Part shown: piece by piece, positions 48,463-59,222 of the stretch
How positions within the stretch are numbered: the first letter of the stretch is position 1
How the letters are laid out: every line of letters begins with the position of its first letter
Assembly (NCBI GenBank): GCA_048885535.1
Contig: JBHLLO010000010.1
Location: forward strand, 1-64,000
Length of the DNA stretch: 64,000 nucleotides
Origin: Candidatus Hermodarchaeota archaeon
Lineage (GTDB): Archaea; Asgardarchaeota; Lokiarchaeia; Sigyniarchaeales; SOKP01
Direction: 5' to 3'
Notes under the pieces: model-generated
What the model was told of the DNA's origin: nothing
Database searches by the model: none
The model's input: only the letters and a program-made list of their open reading frames with translations
Program-made: the position numbers and the translations under genes

Positions 48463-49995
48463 ATGGAATTATATGATTTAGTTGTCATCGGGAGCGGAGC
48501 CGGTCTTAATGTTTTAAATATTGGTCTTCAAATGGGGCTTAAATGTGCCCTTATTGAAGATACAAAAATTGGCGCTACATGTTTAACGCGTGGATGTATC
48601 CCATCGAAGGTATTAGTTTATCCAGCAGATTTAATTAGAGAAGCTCAACATGCTGAAAAAATCGGAGTAGAATTCAATGTAACACGCATAAATTGGGATT
48701 TAATCTCAAGACGAATGTGGTCTCAAATTAATGAGAGTAAAGAAATTGAGAAAGGATTGTCTCAAGTTCCAAATCTTAAATTATTTCAAGGAATTGCACA
48801 ATTTGTAGGAGATTACGAAATAGAGGTATTAGCTATTGATAAAAGTAAAATTATTGGAGGATTTAAGGGAGAAAGATTTGTAATAGCCTCAGGAGCTCGT
48901 TCCTTCATTCCACCAATTAAGAGATTAAATGAAGTTGGTTACATCACTAATGAATCTTTCTTTGGTGAAAAGTTCCCTAAAAAGCCATATCAGAGCTTGA
49001 TTATCATTGGAGGGGGAATAATTGCTGCAGAATTCGCTCATATCTTTTCTGCTGTAGGAACAGATGTTACAATAATTGAAATGCTTCCCCATTTAATTGC
49101 AACTGAAGAACCTGAAATAAGTAAATTCGTAGAGCAAAATTTCAAGAAATTTATGAATGTGTTAGTAAATTATAAAGCAATTGAAGTAAAATTAAAAAAC
49201 AAGTTGAAAGTAGTTATAGCTGAAAATGTTAACACAGGAGAGAAAATAGAAATAGTTGCTGAAGAAATTTTAATTGCAACAGGTCGCCAATCGAATGCTG
49301 ATCGCTTAAAAGTTCAAAACACTGGAGTCGAGATAGATAATAAAGGTTGGATAAAAACTAATCAATATTTAGAAACATCCAAATCCAACATTTGGTGTAT
49401 AGGTGATGCAAACGGATTTCACCAATTTAGACATAAAGCTAATTATGAATCGGAAATTTGTATAAATAATATGTTCGGACAACATGATAATAAACAAACA
49501 GTTGATTACACTACTGTGCCATGGGCTATTTATTCTTATCCTCAGATAGGGCATGTAGGAATGACAGAAGCAGAAGCTATTGAGAAAGGACATGAAATCT
49601 TTATATCGTTAAAGAATTATTCTTCTGTAGCAAAAGGTTTTGCGATGGGTTTTGATCAGAATGACTCTGATGATGGTTTTGTTAAACTAATTGTAGACAA
49701 ATACTATAGAATTCTAGGAGCGCATGTAGTTGGTCCTCATGCTGCCATCTTAGTTCAACCATTTGTATATTTAATGAATGCAGGCTTTACGTGTCCCTCA
49801 CCTGAGTTCTCTGAGAAATCCGACATACCAAAATTAGCTAGAGCATGTCCAGAAGGAGGTTCATTCATGCCAATTTATAAATCTATGGTAATTCATCCTT
49901 CATTAAATGAAGTAACAGGTTGGGCAATTGGGTCCCTCAGACCAGTTAATATTAAAATGGAACATCATCATCATCACAATGAGTATGAACATTAA
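48463..49995 (+). CDS. Class I pyridine nucleotide-disulfide oxidoreductase (dihydrolipoamide dehydrogenase / mycothione reductase-like)
   Basis: IGSGAG, GATCLTRGCIPSK, GGGIIAAE, CIGDA, HPSLNE; His-rich tail. Confidence 0.9.
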   Translation: MELYDLVVIGSGAGLNVLNIGLQMGLKCALIEDTKIGATCLTRGCIPSKVLVYPADLIREAQHAEKIGVEFNVTRINWDLISRRMWSQINESKEIEKGLSQVPNLKLFQGIAQFVGDYEIEVLAIDKSKIIGGFKGERFVIASGARSFIPPIKRLNEVGYITNESFFGEKFPKKPYQSLIIIGGGIIAAEFAHIFSAVGTDVTIIEMLPHLIATEEPEISKFVEQNFKKFMNVLVNYKAIEVKLKNKLKVVIAENVNTGEKIEIVAEEILIATGRQSNADRLKVQNTGVEIDNKGWIKTNQYLETSKSNIWCIGDANGFHQFRHKANYESEICINNMFGQHDNKQTVDYTTVPWAIYSYPQIGHVGMTEAEAIEKGHEIFISLKNYSSVAKGFAMGFDQNDSDDGFVKLIVDKYYRILGAHVVGPHAAILVQPFVYLMNAGFTCPSPEFSEKSDIPKLARACPEGGSFMPIYKSMVIHPSLNEVTGWAIGSLRPVNIKMEHHHHHNEYEH

Positions 49996-50057
49996 TACAA
50001 TCTTTATTCATTTTAAATCATCACATTTTTAGATATTTTTACCTATTATTATGTTAG

Positions 50058-51983
50058 ATGGTTTTAAATAGTAAATCTAAATTAAGAATAAATTCTATTG
50101 GGCAAATCTTCACCCCCGAATATATAGCAGACTTCATGGTTAAAAATATTGAAAATTTTCTCTCTTATTCAAAAAATAAAGAATACATAAGAGTCTTAGA
50201 ACCTTGCGCTGGAAAGGGGATTTTTTTAAAACACCTTCTTCAAAACAATTTTAAAAATATAACCGCATATGAAATTGATACACGATTAAATAATCAGCTT
50301 CTAGAAAAGTATCCCGATATTAATTTTCGATTCGACAATTTTATGGGATCAGATCCTCAAGAAAGATTTGATCTTATTATTGGCAATCCTCCTTATCTCG
50401 GTCAAAATTATAATGCTGAAATTTTTCAAGAACTAATTTCCGCATTTCCAAATAACAAGAGATTTTTCGTTGGAAACATGGATTTATTCTACTTTTTTAT
50501 ACACCTGGGAATTCTTAAATTAAATCCGGGGGGTATTCTTTCTTTTATTACAACAAACTATTGGATTACTAAGTCAAAGAAAACCGGTATTAAATTATTA
50601 AAGCCACACGTCCTAGAAGAATGTTATATTCTCCAGTATATTGATCTATCACGCTTAAAGATGTTTAAAGATGCCCCTGGTCAACATAATTGTATTTTCA
50701 TTCTTCAAAAAAAATATGAATGGGAAAAAAATCAACGTATTGATAAGTCTATTGAAGTTATTCAAATACTACCAAATAAGCAAGAATTTAGCGATAATTT
50801 TAACAAAAAAGCTCTTAATCAAATAATTCATAATCATTATAGCCCATACATTAAAAGATATTTCTCTTCTCTTACAAATAATTCATTAAGTGTAGAAAGA
50901 AGTTGGAATCTTTTGTATCCCCCCCAAATAAAGCAAATTGTTGATCAAATCACTTCCTATTGCCAAATAAACAATCGTACAGCTGTTATAAAAGATTATT
51001 TTATAATTAGAAATGGACTCATCTTAATAAAAGATGATATATTCATCCTAAAACCGGGTGAAGTTATAAAAGAGGTAGACAATGAATTCTGGATTAAAAT
51101 TAATCATAAATTTTTCAAATTAAACGAAGATGAGAAACTAAGGCTAAAGAAACTTTATAAAAGTAAATCAATTAAAGCCTATGGTTATGATAAAAACGAT
51201 TTTATTGGTTATTTAATACTTCTTAATAAAACAGAATTTATATCCAAAGAAAAGAGAAATGAACAATATCATAACAAGTATCCTAATTTAGTAAATTACT
51301 TGAAAACGTATAAAGAGGAATTAAGTCAGATTCTGATTAACGCGAAAGAAAATCCACGTGATATATTTTTCCCAAGGAGAGGAAATTTTATAATGGTTCC
51401 AGATATGTTGCAGAATCAAAAACTTATAGATCTTGAACCTCTTTACGATAAAAGTCAAAAGATCTTTTTTAAATTTATATCTAAATCTAACATATTTGGG
51501 TATTCTAATAAGCAATATTATGCTACCTCAGACACCTATTTCATGTGGCCTATAAAAAGTGAGAATGGAATTAATTATTTATTTATCTTAGCTTATTTAA
51601 ATTCAAAACTTGTAGACTTTTTATTTAAGGCTAAAAATATCTCTATTAAGAGAAGTAAAACAAGATTAGAAGAGGAGTTAATGGTTCCGAATTTAGATTT
51701 ATTTCACTCTGATTACCAAAAGGCGATAATTAAGTTTATAATAGTGTTAACAAAATATTTAACTGAAATTAATGATTTAAATGAGAACAGGATACAAGAG
51801 TACAAAAGTAATATTCAAAAATTCGAACTATTAAGCAATGAAAATTATATCCAGGTTATAGATGCCATTGAACAAGGTAATACAGAACAAATTCAAAGAT
51901 TTATTGATCTTCTTTTATTCAAATTATTCAATTTAGATGAAAAAGAATTAGATTATTTAATTAAAACACACTACCATTTTTAA
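50058..51983 (+). CDS. N6-adenine DNA methyltransferase (TaqI/Eco57I-like, gamma class)
   Basis: GQIFTP, LEPCAGKGIF, IIGNPPY, DLFYFF, C-terminal TRD with LAYLNSKL. Confidence 0.9.
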   Translation: MVLNSKSKLRINSIGQIFTPEYIADFMVKNIENFLSYSKNKEYIRVLEPCAGKGIFLKHLLQNNFKNITAYEIDTRLNNQLLEKYPDINFRFDNFMGSDPQERFDLIIGNPPYLGQNYNAEIFQELISAFPNNKRFFVGNMDLFYFFIHLGILKLNPGGILSFITTNYWITKSKKTGIKLLKPHVLEECYILQYIDLSRLKMFKDAPGQHNCIFILQKKYEWEKNQRIDKSIEVIQILPNKQEFSDNFNKKALNQIIHNHYSPYIKRYFSSLTNNSLSVERSWNLLYPPQIKQIVDQITSYCQINNRTAVIKDYFIIRNGLILIKDDIFILKPGEVIKEVDNEFWIKINHKFFKLNEDEKLRLKKLYKSKSIKAYGYDKNDFIGYLILLNKTEFISKEKRNEQYHNKYPNLVNYLKTYKEELSQILINAKENPRDIFFPRRGNFIMVPDMLQNQKLIDLEPLYDKSQKIFFKFISKSNIFGYSNKQYYATSDTYFMWPIKSENGINYLFILAYLNSKLVDFLFKAKNISIKRSKTRLEEELMVPNLDLFHSDYQKAIIKFIIVLTKYLTEINDLNENRIQEYKSNIQKFELLSNENYIQVIDAIEQGNTEQIQRFIDLLLFKLFNLDEKELDYLIKTHYHF

Positions 51984-52020
51984 GTAATAAATCCCTTAAA
52001 TTTTTAGTTTAGAGTAAATA

Positions 52021-53088
52021 ATGAACCAGTTTCCCTTATATGATGATGTTGGAAGTTTCCCTTTGCCAGAGAATTTAGATAAAGAAGCTTTTCACAAGTT
52101 CTATTGGATTGGGTATAAAGCACTTGTTAGAAATAGTGACATCTACGCGAATAAGGGAATCCAAATTTATTTTATTGAGCCCATGCTTAAGTCATTTGAA
52201 TTAAAGGTAAAATCAGGAGTTGAAATTATTAATTATCCACAGCATATGAACATGTATACTCAATTTTTACAGCCAATATCCGATTTTGCTATAGAGCCAA
52301 ACCTAATTGATGCGAAAAAGGCTCTTATTCCTGAAGTTTTTATAATCGAAAAATTTGCTAAAAAATATTATGAAGAAACTGGAAGTACCCTCCAAATTAA
52401 ATTATGTATAACAGGACCTTTAGATCTCTACATCAAGCAGTTTAAGTTTTCAATTTATCCTGATATGGTATTAAACTTTGCAAAATCTATTAATTACTTT
52501 TTAAAAAACTCGCTACGGTATAATAAATATCTTAAATCTTCTATAATCTCAATTGATGAGCCTTCTTTTGGCTATGTCGATATTGTCAACATTACTGAAG
52601 ATGAATTAATCAAAATATACGATAGATCTTTAGAAGGAATTAAAACGGAGAAAAATATTACTCAAATGCATATTCATACCCTTAATAGGGCTGATATTCC
52701 ACTTCAAACTAAAAATCTTGATACTATAACCTGTGAATATGCATCAAATAAATCTAATAAAATTTCAAAAAAACTTCTAGAAGAATATGATAAATTTATT
52801 CGCGTTGGAATTACAAGAACAAATGTCGATAATATAATCGCTGAAAAAATAGATCTTGGTGCTAGCTGGGAAGGTTTAAATACTTTAGATGGTACATTGA
52901 GTTTAATTGATTCAGAAGAAACAATTAAAAGGAATCTTCTAGATGCTATCGAACATTATGGAGAAAGATTAAGATTTGTCGGACCTGATTGCGGATTAGG
53001 TGGCTGGCGTTTTCCAGAAGTAGCCTTTGAGCTTTTAAGACGTACTAAAAAAGTTATTGATGATGTGAAAAGAGAAATAAAACTATAA
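52021..53088 (+). CDS. Core (short) cobalamin-independent-type methionine synthase
   Basis: DDVGSFP, ITGP, IDEPSFG, MHIH, GPDCGL. Confidence 0.85.
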   Translation: MNQFPLYDDVGSFPLPENLDKEAFHKFYWIGYKALVRNSDIYANKGIQIYFIEPMLKSFELKVKSGVEIINYPQHMNMYTQFLQPISDFAIEPNLIDAKKALIPEVFIIEKFAKKYYEETGSTLQIKLCITGPLDLYIKQFKFSIYPDMVLNFAKSINYFLKNSLRYNKYLKSSIISIDEPSFGYVDIVNITEDELIKIYDRSLEGIKTEKNITQMHIHTLNRADIPLQTKNLDTITCEYASNKSNKISKKLLEEYDKFIRVGITRTNVDNIIAEKIDLGASWEGLNTLDGTLSLIDSEETIKRNLLDAIEHYGERLRFVGPDCGLGGWRFPEVAFELLRRTKKVIDDVKREIKL

Positions 53089-53098
53089 AAGTTTTTAA

Positions 53099-54526
53099 TT
53101 AGGCATCCTTAAAAGTGGGAACCCTATTTTGCCAGGGTGCAATTTCCTCGTAAATTAGGGAAGCTTGAAGCACAGATAAATCATCAAGTCTTCTTCCTAT
53201 AATTTGCATGCCAATAGGTAAACCACTTTTTGACCATCCAACCGGGATTGAAGCAACAGGATGTCCACTCATATTAAATGGATAAGTAAAAGGTATCCAT
53301 TCCAGTGGTGAAATTTCTTTATCGTTTATTCTTTCTGGAGAAGATTTATTTAATTCAAAAGGAAGGCAAGCCGTTGTTGGAGTGATTAATACATCAAATT
53401 TATTCAGAGTCTTACAAATTTCTTCGTATATCCTTTCTCGTTGTAATTCTGCTGTAATAACATCTTGAACTGTGAAACTTAAGCCAATTTCAATAGTACG
53501 TCGCAACTCAGGGTCAATTTTATTCTCAAACTCTTTTAAATACGATTTCAAAGCATATGCATATCCTACATTCCAAAGAATCCACATAGCTGATTCAGCA
53601 TTTTTAAGACTAATATTTGATGGTTCAATTCGGTACCCTAAATCTTCGAAATTTTGAATCCCTGTTAACACCTTCTCTTTTACTTCAGTATCTATTACTT
53701 TAACAAAACCTAAATCTAATGAGTATCCAATTTTTAATTTTTTAGGTGTGTTTTCCACCTTCTCAGAATAACTAAACTTTTCTTTCGGCAATGAATACCT
53801 GTCGGAATCATCTTCTCCGCTAATCACATCCATCACTATTGCAGCATCTCTCACATATCTTACAATTGGTCCAATATGGACTAAACTACCTGTATTTCCA
53901 AAAAATCTTAATGTGTCTTGAGGAATTCGCCCAAAAGTAGGTTTAAATCCAAAAACTCCACAAAAACTACTAGGAATCCTTACAGATCCTCCTCCATCAG
54001 ATCCTATGGCTAATGTGGACATACCAGAAGCTATAGCAACAGCAGATCCTCCACTTGATCCTCCAGGTGTTTTCTCTAAATTCCAAGGGTTTTTTGTGGT
54101 TCCAAAAATTAAGTTATCAGTTACCCCTTTGAATCCTTGCTCAGGCATATTTGTCTTTCCAAGGATTACAACTCCAGCATCTCGAAGTCTTTTTACAATG
54201 ATTTCATCGCTTTTAGGAAAGTAATTCTCGAAAATCTTGCTCCCAAAGGTGGTTCGAATATTTTTAACTTCAATATCATCTTTTAAAGCAGTCGGTATCC
54301 CCTCTAGAACTCCCAGAGGTTCGTTTTTATTTATTTTTCTATCTATCTCCTTTGCTTTTTCTCTAGCTAAATCAAAAGTTAGTGTACAATAAGATTTTAA
54401 AATCGGATCTAATTTCTCAATTCTACTAATAAATCTTTCAATTATCTCTTCTGCAGTGATTGTTTGGCTTCTTATTATATTAGACAATTCAACGGCAGAA
54501 ATGTAAAAGATGTCATTTTTATTCAC
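53099..54526 (-). CDS. Amidase-signature family protein
   Basis: LKD, GKTNMPE, PGGSSGGSA, GSDGGGSVRIPSS, GLPIGMQ. Confidence 0.92.
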   Translation of the reverse strand: MNKNDIFYISAVELSNIIRSQTITAEEIIERFISRIEKLDPILKSYCTLTFDLAREKAKEIDRKINKNEPLGVLEGIPTALKDDIEVKNIRTTFGSKIFENYFPKSDEIIVKRLRDAGVVILGKTNMPEQGFKGVTDNLIFGTTKNPWNLEKTPGGSSGGSAVAIASGMSTLAIGSDGGGSVRIPSSFCGVFGFKPTFGRIPQDTLRFFGNTGSLVHIGPIVRYVRDAAIVMDVISGEDDSDRYSLPKEKFSYSEKVENTPKKLKIGYSLDLGFVKVIDTEVKEKVLTGIQNFEDLGYRIEPSNISLKNAESAMWILWNVGYAYALKSYLKEFENKIDPELRRTIEIGLSFTVQDVITAELQRERIYEEICKTLNKFDVLITPTTACLPFELNKSSPERINDKEISPLEWIPFTYPFNMSGHPVASIPVGWSKSGLPIGMQIIGRRLDDLSVLQASLIYEEIAPWQNRVPTFKDA

Positions 54527-54705
54527 AAATGATTCCCTCCCGCTTATATATCAATATATTCCTCTTTTCTTATTTTATTAGAGGTTAATTATATTAGTAT
54601 TTAAAATTTCTCTCCATTCAAAATCCCAAGAATAAAAAATTATACTTTAGCTTTTTTACTAGCTTTAAAAACTGTTTTTTAGACTGGAGCAATTATTTTT
54701 TAAAA

Positions 54706-54754
54706 CCGAAACATTAATTAATGTAAAGCAACATTTGTAAATTAGAACTTGACA
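54706..54754 (+). promoter_or_regulatory. Putative BRE/TATA promoter and operator of the hsp20-cdc48 operon
   Basis: CCGAAA followed by TTAATTAA inside the perfect palindrome ACATTAATTAATGT; TGTAAA twice; TGTAAA-N7-TTGACA. Confidence 0.55.
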
Positions 54755-54770
54755 GAAAATTGGTGATTTT

Positions 54771-55382
54771 ATGTCTGATGATTATGATGAATATGATGAT
54801 TTTTTTGAGATAATAAAGAAATATTTAGGTATAAATACAGATATGTTTGATGTTGATTTTTTATTCTTACCTGAAATAGGTTCAGATCCTCAAAGCAAAG
54901 AAGGTGCAGGTTTTAAGGTCACGTACCATTTTGAAGCGGGTATGGATAGACCTGAGGTGAGGATTGAAGGAGATTTTGATGAAAAAAAACTTCAAGATTA
55001 TTTTGAAAGAATTAATTATTCGAATTATCCTAATTTTAAAGTAATATCGCAAAAAATAAATAAAAAAGAAATTGATGTAAAAGAGTTGCAATTAGATTCG
55101 GTCGATAATAAATCTAAGGCTATTGAACCTTTTACAGAAATAATTGAATGCACAGATCACATTAAAATAATTATAGAAGCCCCAGGAGTAGATAAAAGTC
55201 AACTCTTGTTAAGCCTTAGTGAAGATGGAAGAAGCCTTAGAATTAACGCGAAGAGCCAATTTCGAAAGTTCCTTAAAACAATTCATCTTCCTTTTAAATG
55301 TTCCTTAGATAATTATAATCTAGAGATAAAAAACGGTATTATTACTTTAAAGTTAAATAAATTAATTATTAAGAGAGGATAG
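54771..55382 (+). CDS. Hsp20/alpha-crystallin family protein
   Basis: [28 protein letters not shown]. Confidence 0.85.
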   Translation: MSDDYDEYDDFFEIIKKYLGINTDMFDVDFLFLPEIGSDPQSKEGAGFKVTYHFEAGMDRPEVRIEGDFDEKKLQDYFERINYSNYPNFKVISQKINKKEIDVKELQLDSVDNKSKAIEPFTEIIECTDHIKIIIEAPGVDKSQLLLSLSEDGRSLRINAKSQFRKFLKTIHLPFKCSLDNYNLEIKNGIITLKLNKLIIKRG

Positions 55383-55387
55383 AGGAT

Positions 55388-57718
55388 ATGAGTAGTATAA
55401 CTGGTGAAGACAGAAGGCGGTTTAAACAGGTTAGAGTAAAAGATGCACTAAAACAAGACGTAGGGAAAGGATTTATAAGGATAGATTCAGATATAGTAAA
55501 GGAACTGGACATTCATCCCGGAGATGTTATTGAAATTGTCCATCCATCAACGAACAAACGCACAGCTGCAATATTTTGGAGCGAAATTAAAGAAGGGACT
55601 GAAGTAATTAGAATTGATTCTTCGATTAGAAGAAATCTAAATACTTCTATTGATGATATAGTTAGAATTGCTAAGATAGAAGCTAGTATTGCTGAAAGAG
55701 TCACTTTTGCCGGTTTAGAAGAGGCAATTATTTTAAGAAATACCCAGCAATTAGCAGAAAAATTAGAGAATCGAGTAATTACTAAAGGTGATATCCTAAG
55801 TTTTTATGCGATGGGCGGAAGAGTAAATTTAGTTGTTATTGATTATTCACCAAAAGCGGAAGCTGTTATAATAAATGTTCAAACAAAGATTATATTGTCT
55901 CCCAAGAGTCATAAAGAGTTGGAAGAATTAGAAAGATCACGGGTTACATATGAGGACATTGGAGGTTTAGAGGATGAGATTCAAAGGATTCGTGAAATGA
56001 TTGAATTACCTATAAGACATCCTGAATTATTTAAAAGAATAGGGATTGAACCTCCAAAAGGAGTTTTATTACACGGACCACCTGGTACAGGAAAAACATT
56101 ATTAGCTCGAGCAGTAGCTTATGAAACTGATGCTCATTTTATTACTATCAGCGGACCTGAAATAATGAGTAAATTTTATGGTCAAAGTGAGGAAAATTTA
56201 AGGAAGAAGTTTGAGGAAGCTAAAGAAATGGCTCCTGCTATAATATTTATAGATGAATTAGATTCAATTGCACCAAAAAGGGGAGAAGTAACTGGAGAAG
56301 TAGAAAGAAGAGTGGTAGCTCAATTATTATCATTATTAGATGGCTTGGAGAGAAGGGGTGAAGTTATAGTGATTGGAGCCACTAATAGAGTCAATGACAT
56401 AGATCCTGCATTAAGGAGACCTGGTAGATTTGATCGTGAGATTGAAATTGGAGTGCCTGATACTGATGGTAGACACGAGATATTATTAATTCATACTCGT
56501 GGAATGCCATTAAATGAAGATATTGATTTGAAATTAATAGCAGAAAGAACTCATGGATTTGTTGGTGCTGATGTTGAAGCATTATGTAAGGAGGCAGCAA
56601 TGTTAGCAATTAGAGAAATCTTACCTAAATTTGATTTTGATAAGCCTATTCCTGTAGAGATATTAGAGCAACTTCAGATAAAAATGGAGAACTTTCTTCA
56701 AGCCTTAAATAGTATTGAGCCTTCTGCTTTAAGAGAAGTCTTAATCCAACAGCCAAGAGAAACTTGGGATGATGTGGGAGGATTAGAAGATGCTAAACTT
56801 CAACTAAGAGAAGTAATTGAATGGCCCTTAAAATATCCTGAATTATATAAACACTTGAATTCTAGACCCCCAAATGGAATACTACTATTTGGGCCTCCCG
56901 GTACTGGTAAAACTTTATTGGCTAGGGCTTTAGCTCATGAAAGTGAAGTAAATTTCATTTCAGTGAAGGGTCCCGAGTTTTTATCAAAATGGGTCGGTGA
57001 GAGCGAAAAAGCCGTTAGAGAAACGTTTAGAAAAGCTAGAGCAGCAGCTCCATGTATCATATTTTTTGATGAAATCGATGCAATAGCAGGATTGAGAGGT
57101 AGATTTGCAAGTTCAGAGGTAACTGAGCAAGTAGTCTCTCAATTATTGACTGAAATGGACGGTTTGGAAGATTTAAAGGACGTTATTTTGGTAGCCGCAA
57201 CCAATCGACCTGAGCTTCTAGATCCTGCATTATTACGTTCGGGTAGATTTGGAAGACATATTGAGATTCCCATTCCAGATTTAGAAAGTCGAAAAGAAAT
57301 TTTTAAAATCCATCTAAAAAATAAACCTTTAGCTGATGGTATAAATATCAATAAATTAGCAGAAGCACTAGAAGGATATACTGGTGCTGACATACAGGCA
57401 ATATGTGAGGAAGCTACATTATTAACAATAAGGAATGCAGTTCCATCCATCAATGAGAAGAAACAAAAAATTCAAGACTATACTAATCAATTAAAGCTGT
57501 TAGAAGAGGAACAATCAATAAACATTAATATTAATCTCGAAAAAGAAATTAAAGATTTGAAAGCTAAAATAGAAAAGATAAAATCCCAATTGGTTGATAA
57601 CATTTCTCTTACAAAGGAGGACTTTGATCTTGCGATGGCAAAAATTCTTAAAGGAGCAGATCGCGCGAGAATGGCTCACGATAAGTATGCTAAAGAAGCT
57701 GAAGGCTTATATAGATAA
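55388..57718 (+). CDS. cdc48: Cdc48/VAT AAA+ ATPase
   Basis: N domain, two AAA modules (GPPGTGKT; IDELD and FDEID; RRPGRFDR and RSGRFGR), C-terminal HbYX (LYR). Confidence 0.97.
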   Translation: MSSITGEDRRRFKQVRVKDALKQDVGKGFIRIDSDIVKELDIHPGDVIEIVHPSTNKRTAAIFWSEIKEGTEVIRIDSSIRRNLNTSIDDIVRIAKIEASIAERVTFAGLEEAIILRNTQQLAEKLENRVITKGDILSFYAMGGRVNLVVIDYSPKAEAVIINVQTKIILSPKSHKELEELERSRVTYEDIGGLEDEIQRIREMIELPIRHPELFKRIGIEPPKGVLLHGPPGTGKTLLARAVAYETDAHFITISGPEIMSKFYGQSEENLRKKFEEAKEMAPAIIFIDELDSIAPKRGEVTGEVERRVVAQLLSLLDGLERRGEVIVIGATNRVNDIDPALRRPGRFDREIEIGVPDTDGRHEILLIHTRGMPLNEDIDLKLIAERTHGFVGADVEALCKEAAMLAIREILPKFDFDKPIPVEILEQLQIKMENFLQALNSIEPSALREVLIQQPRETWDDVGGLEDAKLQLREVIEWPLKYPELYKHLNSRPPNGILLFGPPGTGKTLLARALAHESEVNFISVKGPEFLSKWVGESEKAVRETFRKARAAAPCIIFFDEIDAIAGLRGRFASSEVTEQVVSQLLTEMDGLEDLKDVILVAATNRPELLDPALLRSGRFGRHIEIPIPDLESRKEIFKIHLKNKPLADGININKLAEALEGYTGADIQAICEEATLLTIRNAVPSINEKKQKIQDYTNQLKLLEEEQSINININLEKEIKDLKAKIEKIKSQLVDNISLTKEDFDLAMAKILKGADRARMAHDKYAKEAEGLYR

Positions 57719-57752
57719 TTTTTAATATAAATCATAATGGTGTGTAATAAAG

Positions 57753-58574
57753 TTGGAAATTGGAAAAAGTGAAAATAATCAAATAATAAGTTTGGATTCT
57801 TTATTAGAAATATTAGGGAATCCTACAAGAAGAGCTATATTAAACAAATTAGCTAAATTTCCCCACTCAGCACCAGAACTAGCAAGTGCTCTTGGCATTT
57901 CTAGACAAGCAGTCCATAGTCAGTTGACACTGCTTCAAGAAAAAAATATAATTGAACCCCTTGAGGCATCTGAAATACGAGGTGACAAATATCGAATAAA
58001 AAGTAATATATCAGTGAATATAGATATAACTCCTGATTATTACAATATCAAATATGATACTACTACTTCTGATACAGAATCGGAACTCGTTGAATTCAAA
58101 GATATGAACTGTTCAATCAATTATTCTAAAATAAAATCCCCAAATGATAAAGTAAGATTTTTAAGCGATGAAATTCGAAAAATCGAAAAAAATATGATAG
58201 ATTTAGAAAGTAAAAGAAAAGGCTTCCTTAATCAAAAAGAATGTTTGATTTTAGAGATAAAGGGTTTGATGAGGGGACAATTTAAAGAAAAATTAGAAAA
58301 ACTACTCAAAGATAAATATGAAGGAAATATTAAAGATAAAAATTTGAGAGCCAGTTTAAACCTTACTGAGGAAATTTTAACAACAATGTTTTTTAATCCA
58401 GAACGTTATTTCAACCGCTTTAATATCAATAGACTAATGGAAGATTTATTTTTCTCAGATATGGATAAGTATGAACGTGATCGCAGATTTGGTTCCATTC
58501 GTCCCATCTTAGAAGAAATTTCGCGATTAATGGGCTTTTTTCATGAAGATGATGATTGGTTCTTTGATTTTTAA
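57753..58574 (+). CDS. ArsR-type HTH regulator with coiled coil (Phr/HSR1-like heat-shock regulator)
   Basis: LGNPTRRAIL, ELASALGISRQAVHSQL, coiled-coil C-terminal half; context next to hsp20 and cdc48. Confidence 0.82.
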   Translation: MEIGKSENNQIISLDSLLEILGNPTRRAILNKLAKFPHSAPELASALGISRQAVHSQLTLLQEKNIIEPLEASEIRGDKYRIKSNISVNIDITPDYYNIKYDTTTSDTESELVEFKDMNCSINYSKIKSPNDKVRFLSDEIRKIEKNMIDLESKRKGFLNQKECLILEIKGLMRGQFKEKLEKLLKDKYEGNIKDKNLRASLNLTEEILTTMFFNPERYFNRFNINRLMEDLFFSDMDKYERDRRFGSIRPILEEISRLMGFFHEDDDWFFDF

Positions 58575-58596
58575 TTAATTTTTTTTAATATCTAAA

Positions 58597-59109
58597 ATGA
58601 GGAAGATAATGAATTTACATGATTTAAAACAAGAAATGCCTGAGATATTTGAAAAAGTTAAAAAGGATGTTAGGAATGTATTAGGGCTACATAGGGCTGG
58701 ACTTAGCCTCGGTTTGGTTGAACTGGGGATGTTTAGGGATGGTTTTATTGGTGGAATGCATTTTTACCCAGGTACTGAAATAGTCATGAATAAATCTCCA
58801 TTAAGAATCATTTTGGAAACACATTCTTATGAAATAGTCTGGGCGTATACATATCATATTCTCTTACATGAATATATTCATTCATTAGGGATAATTGATG
58901 AATTTCAATGTAGAATAATAACAATTAAAGTCACTGAAGAAATTTTCCAAGATTTTGATCATCCTGCCTTAATTATAGCTAAAAATGGAATAGGTACTTT
59001 TATTCCTAAATTAAAACTCCTTTACATCCCCCCAGAGAAGAAACCAGACGACATTCTGATTGAATACGTTTATGGATTTGATAAAGAAAGCCAAACCTAT
59101 TTTTCCTAA
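58597..59109 (+). CDS. Small zincin-like metallopeptidase
   Basis: HILLHEYIHSLGIIDE (HExxH plus downstream E). Confidence 0.75.
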   Translation: MRKIMNLHDLKQEMPEIFEKVKKDVRNVLGLHRAGLSLGLVELGMFRDGFIGGMHFYPGTEIVMNKSPLRIILETHSYEIVWAYTYHILLHEYIHSLGIIDEFQCRIITIKVTEEIFQDFDHPALIIAKNGIGTFIPKLKLLYIPPEKKPDDILIEYVYGFDKESQTYFS

Positions 59110-59222
59110 ACTCTAATTTTAACTATTTTTAATATCCTTTTTAAATTATAAAATTCATTTTGACAATAATTAAAGTTTTTTTAAATTATTCAATACTATA
59201 ACATAGATTAAGTTATAAGTAG

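Noticed and set aside
53099-54526. Calling the amidase gatA
   Set aside because: No gatB/gatC adjacent and no GatA-specific SNLxRxDG motif
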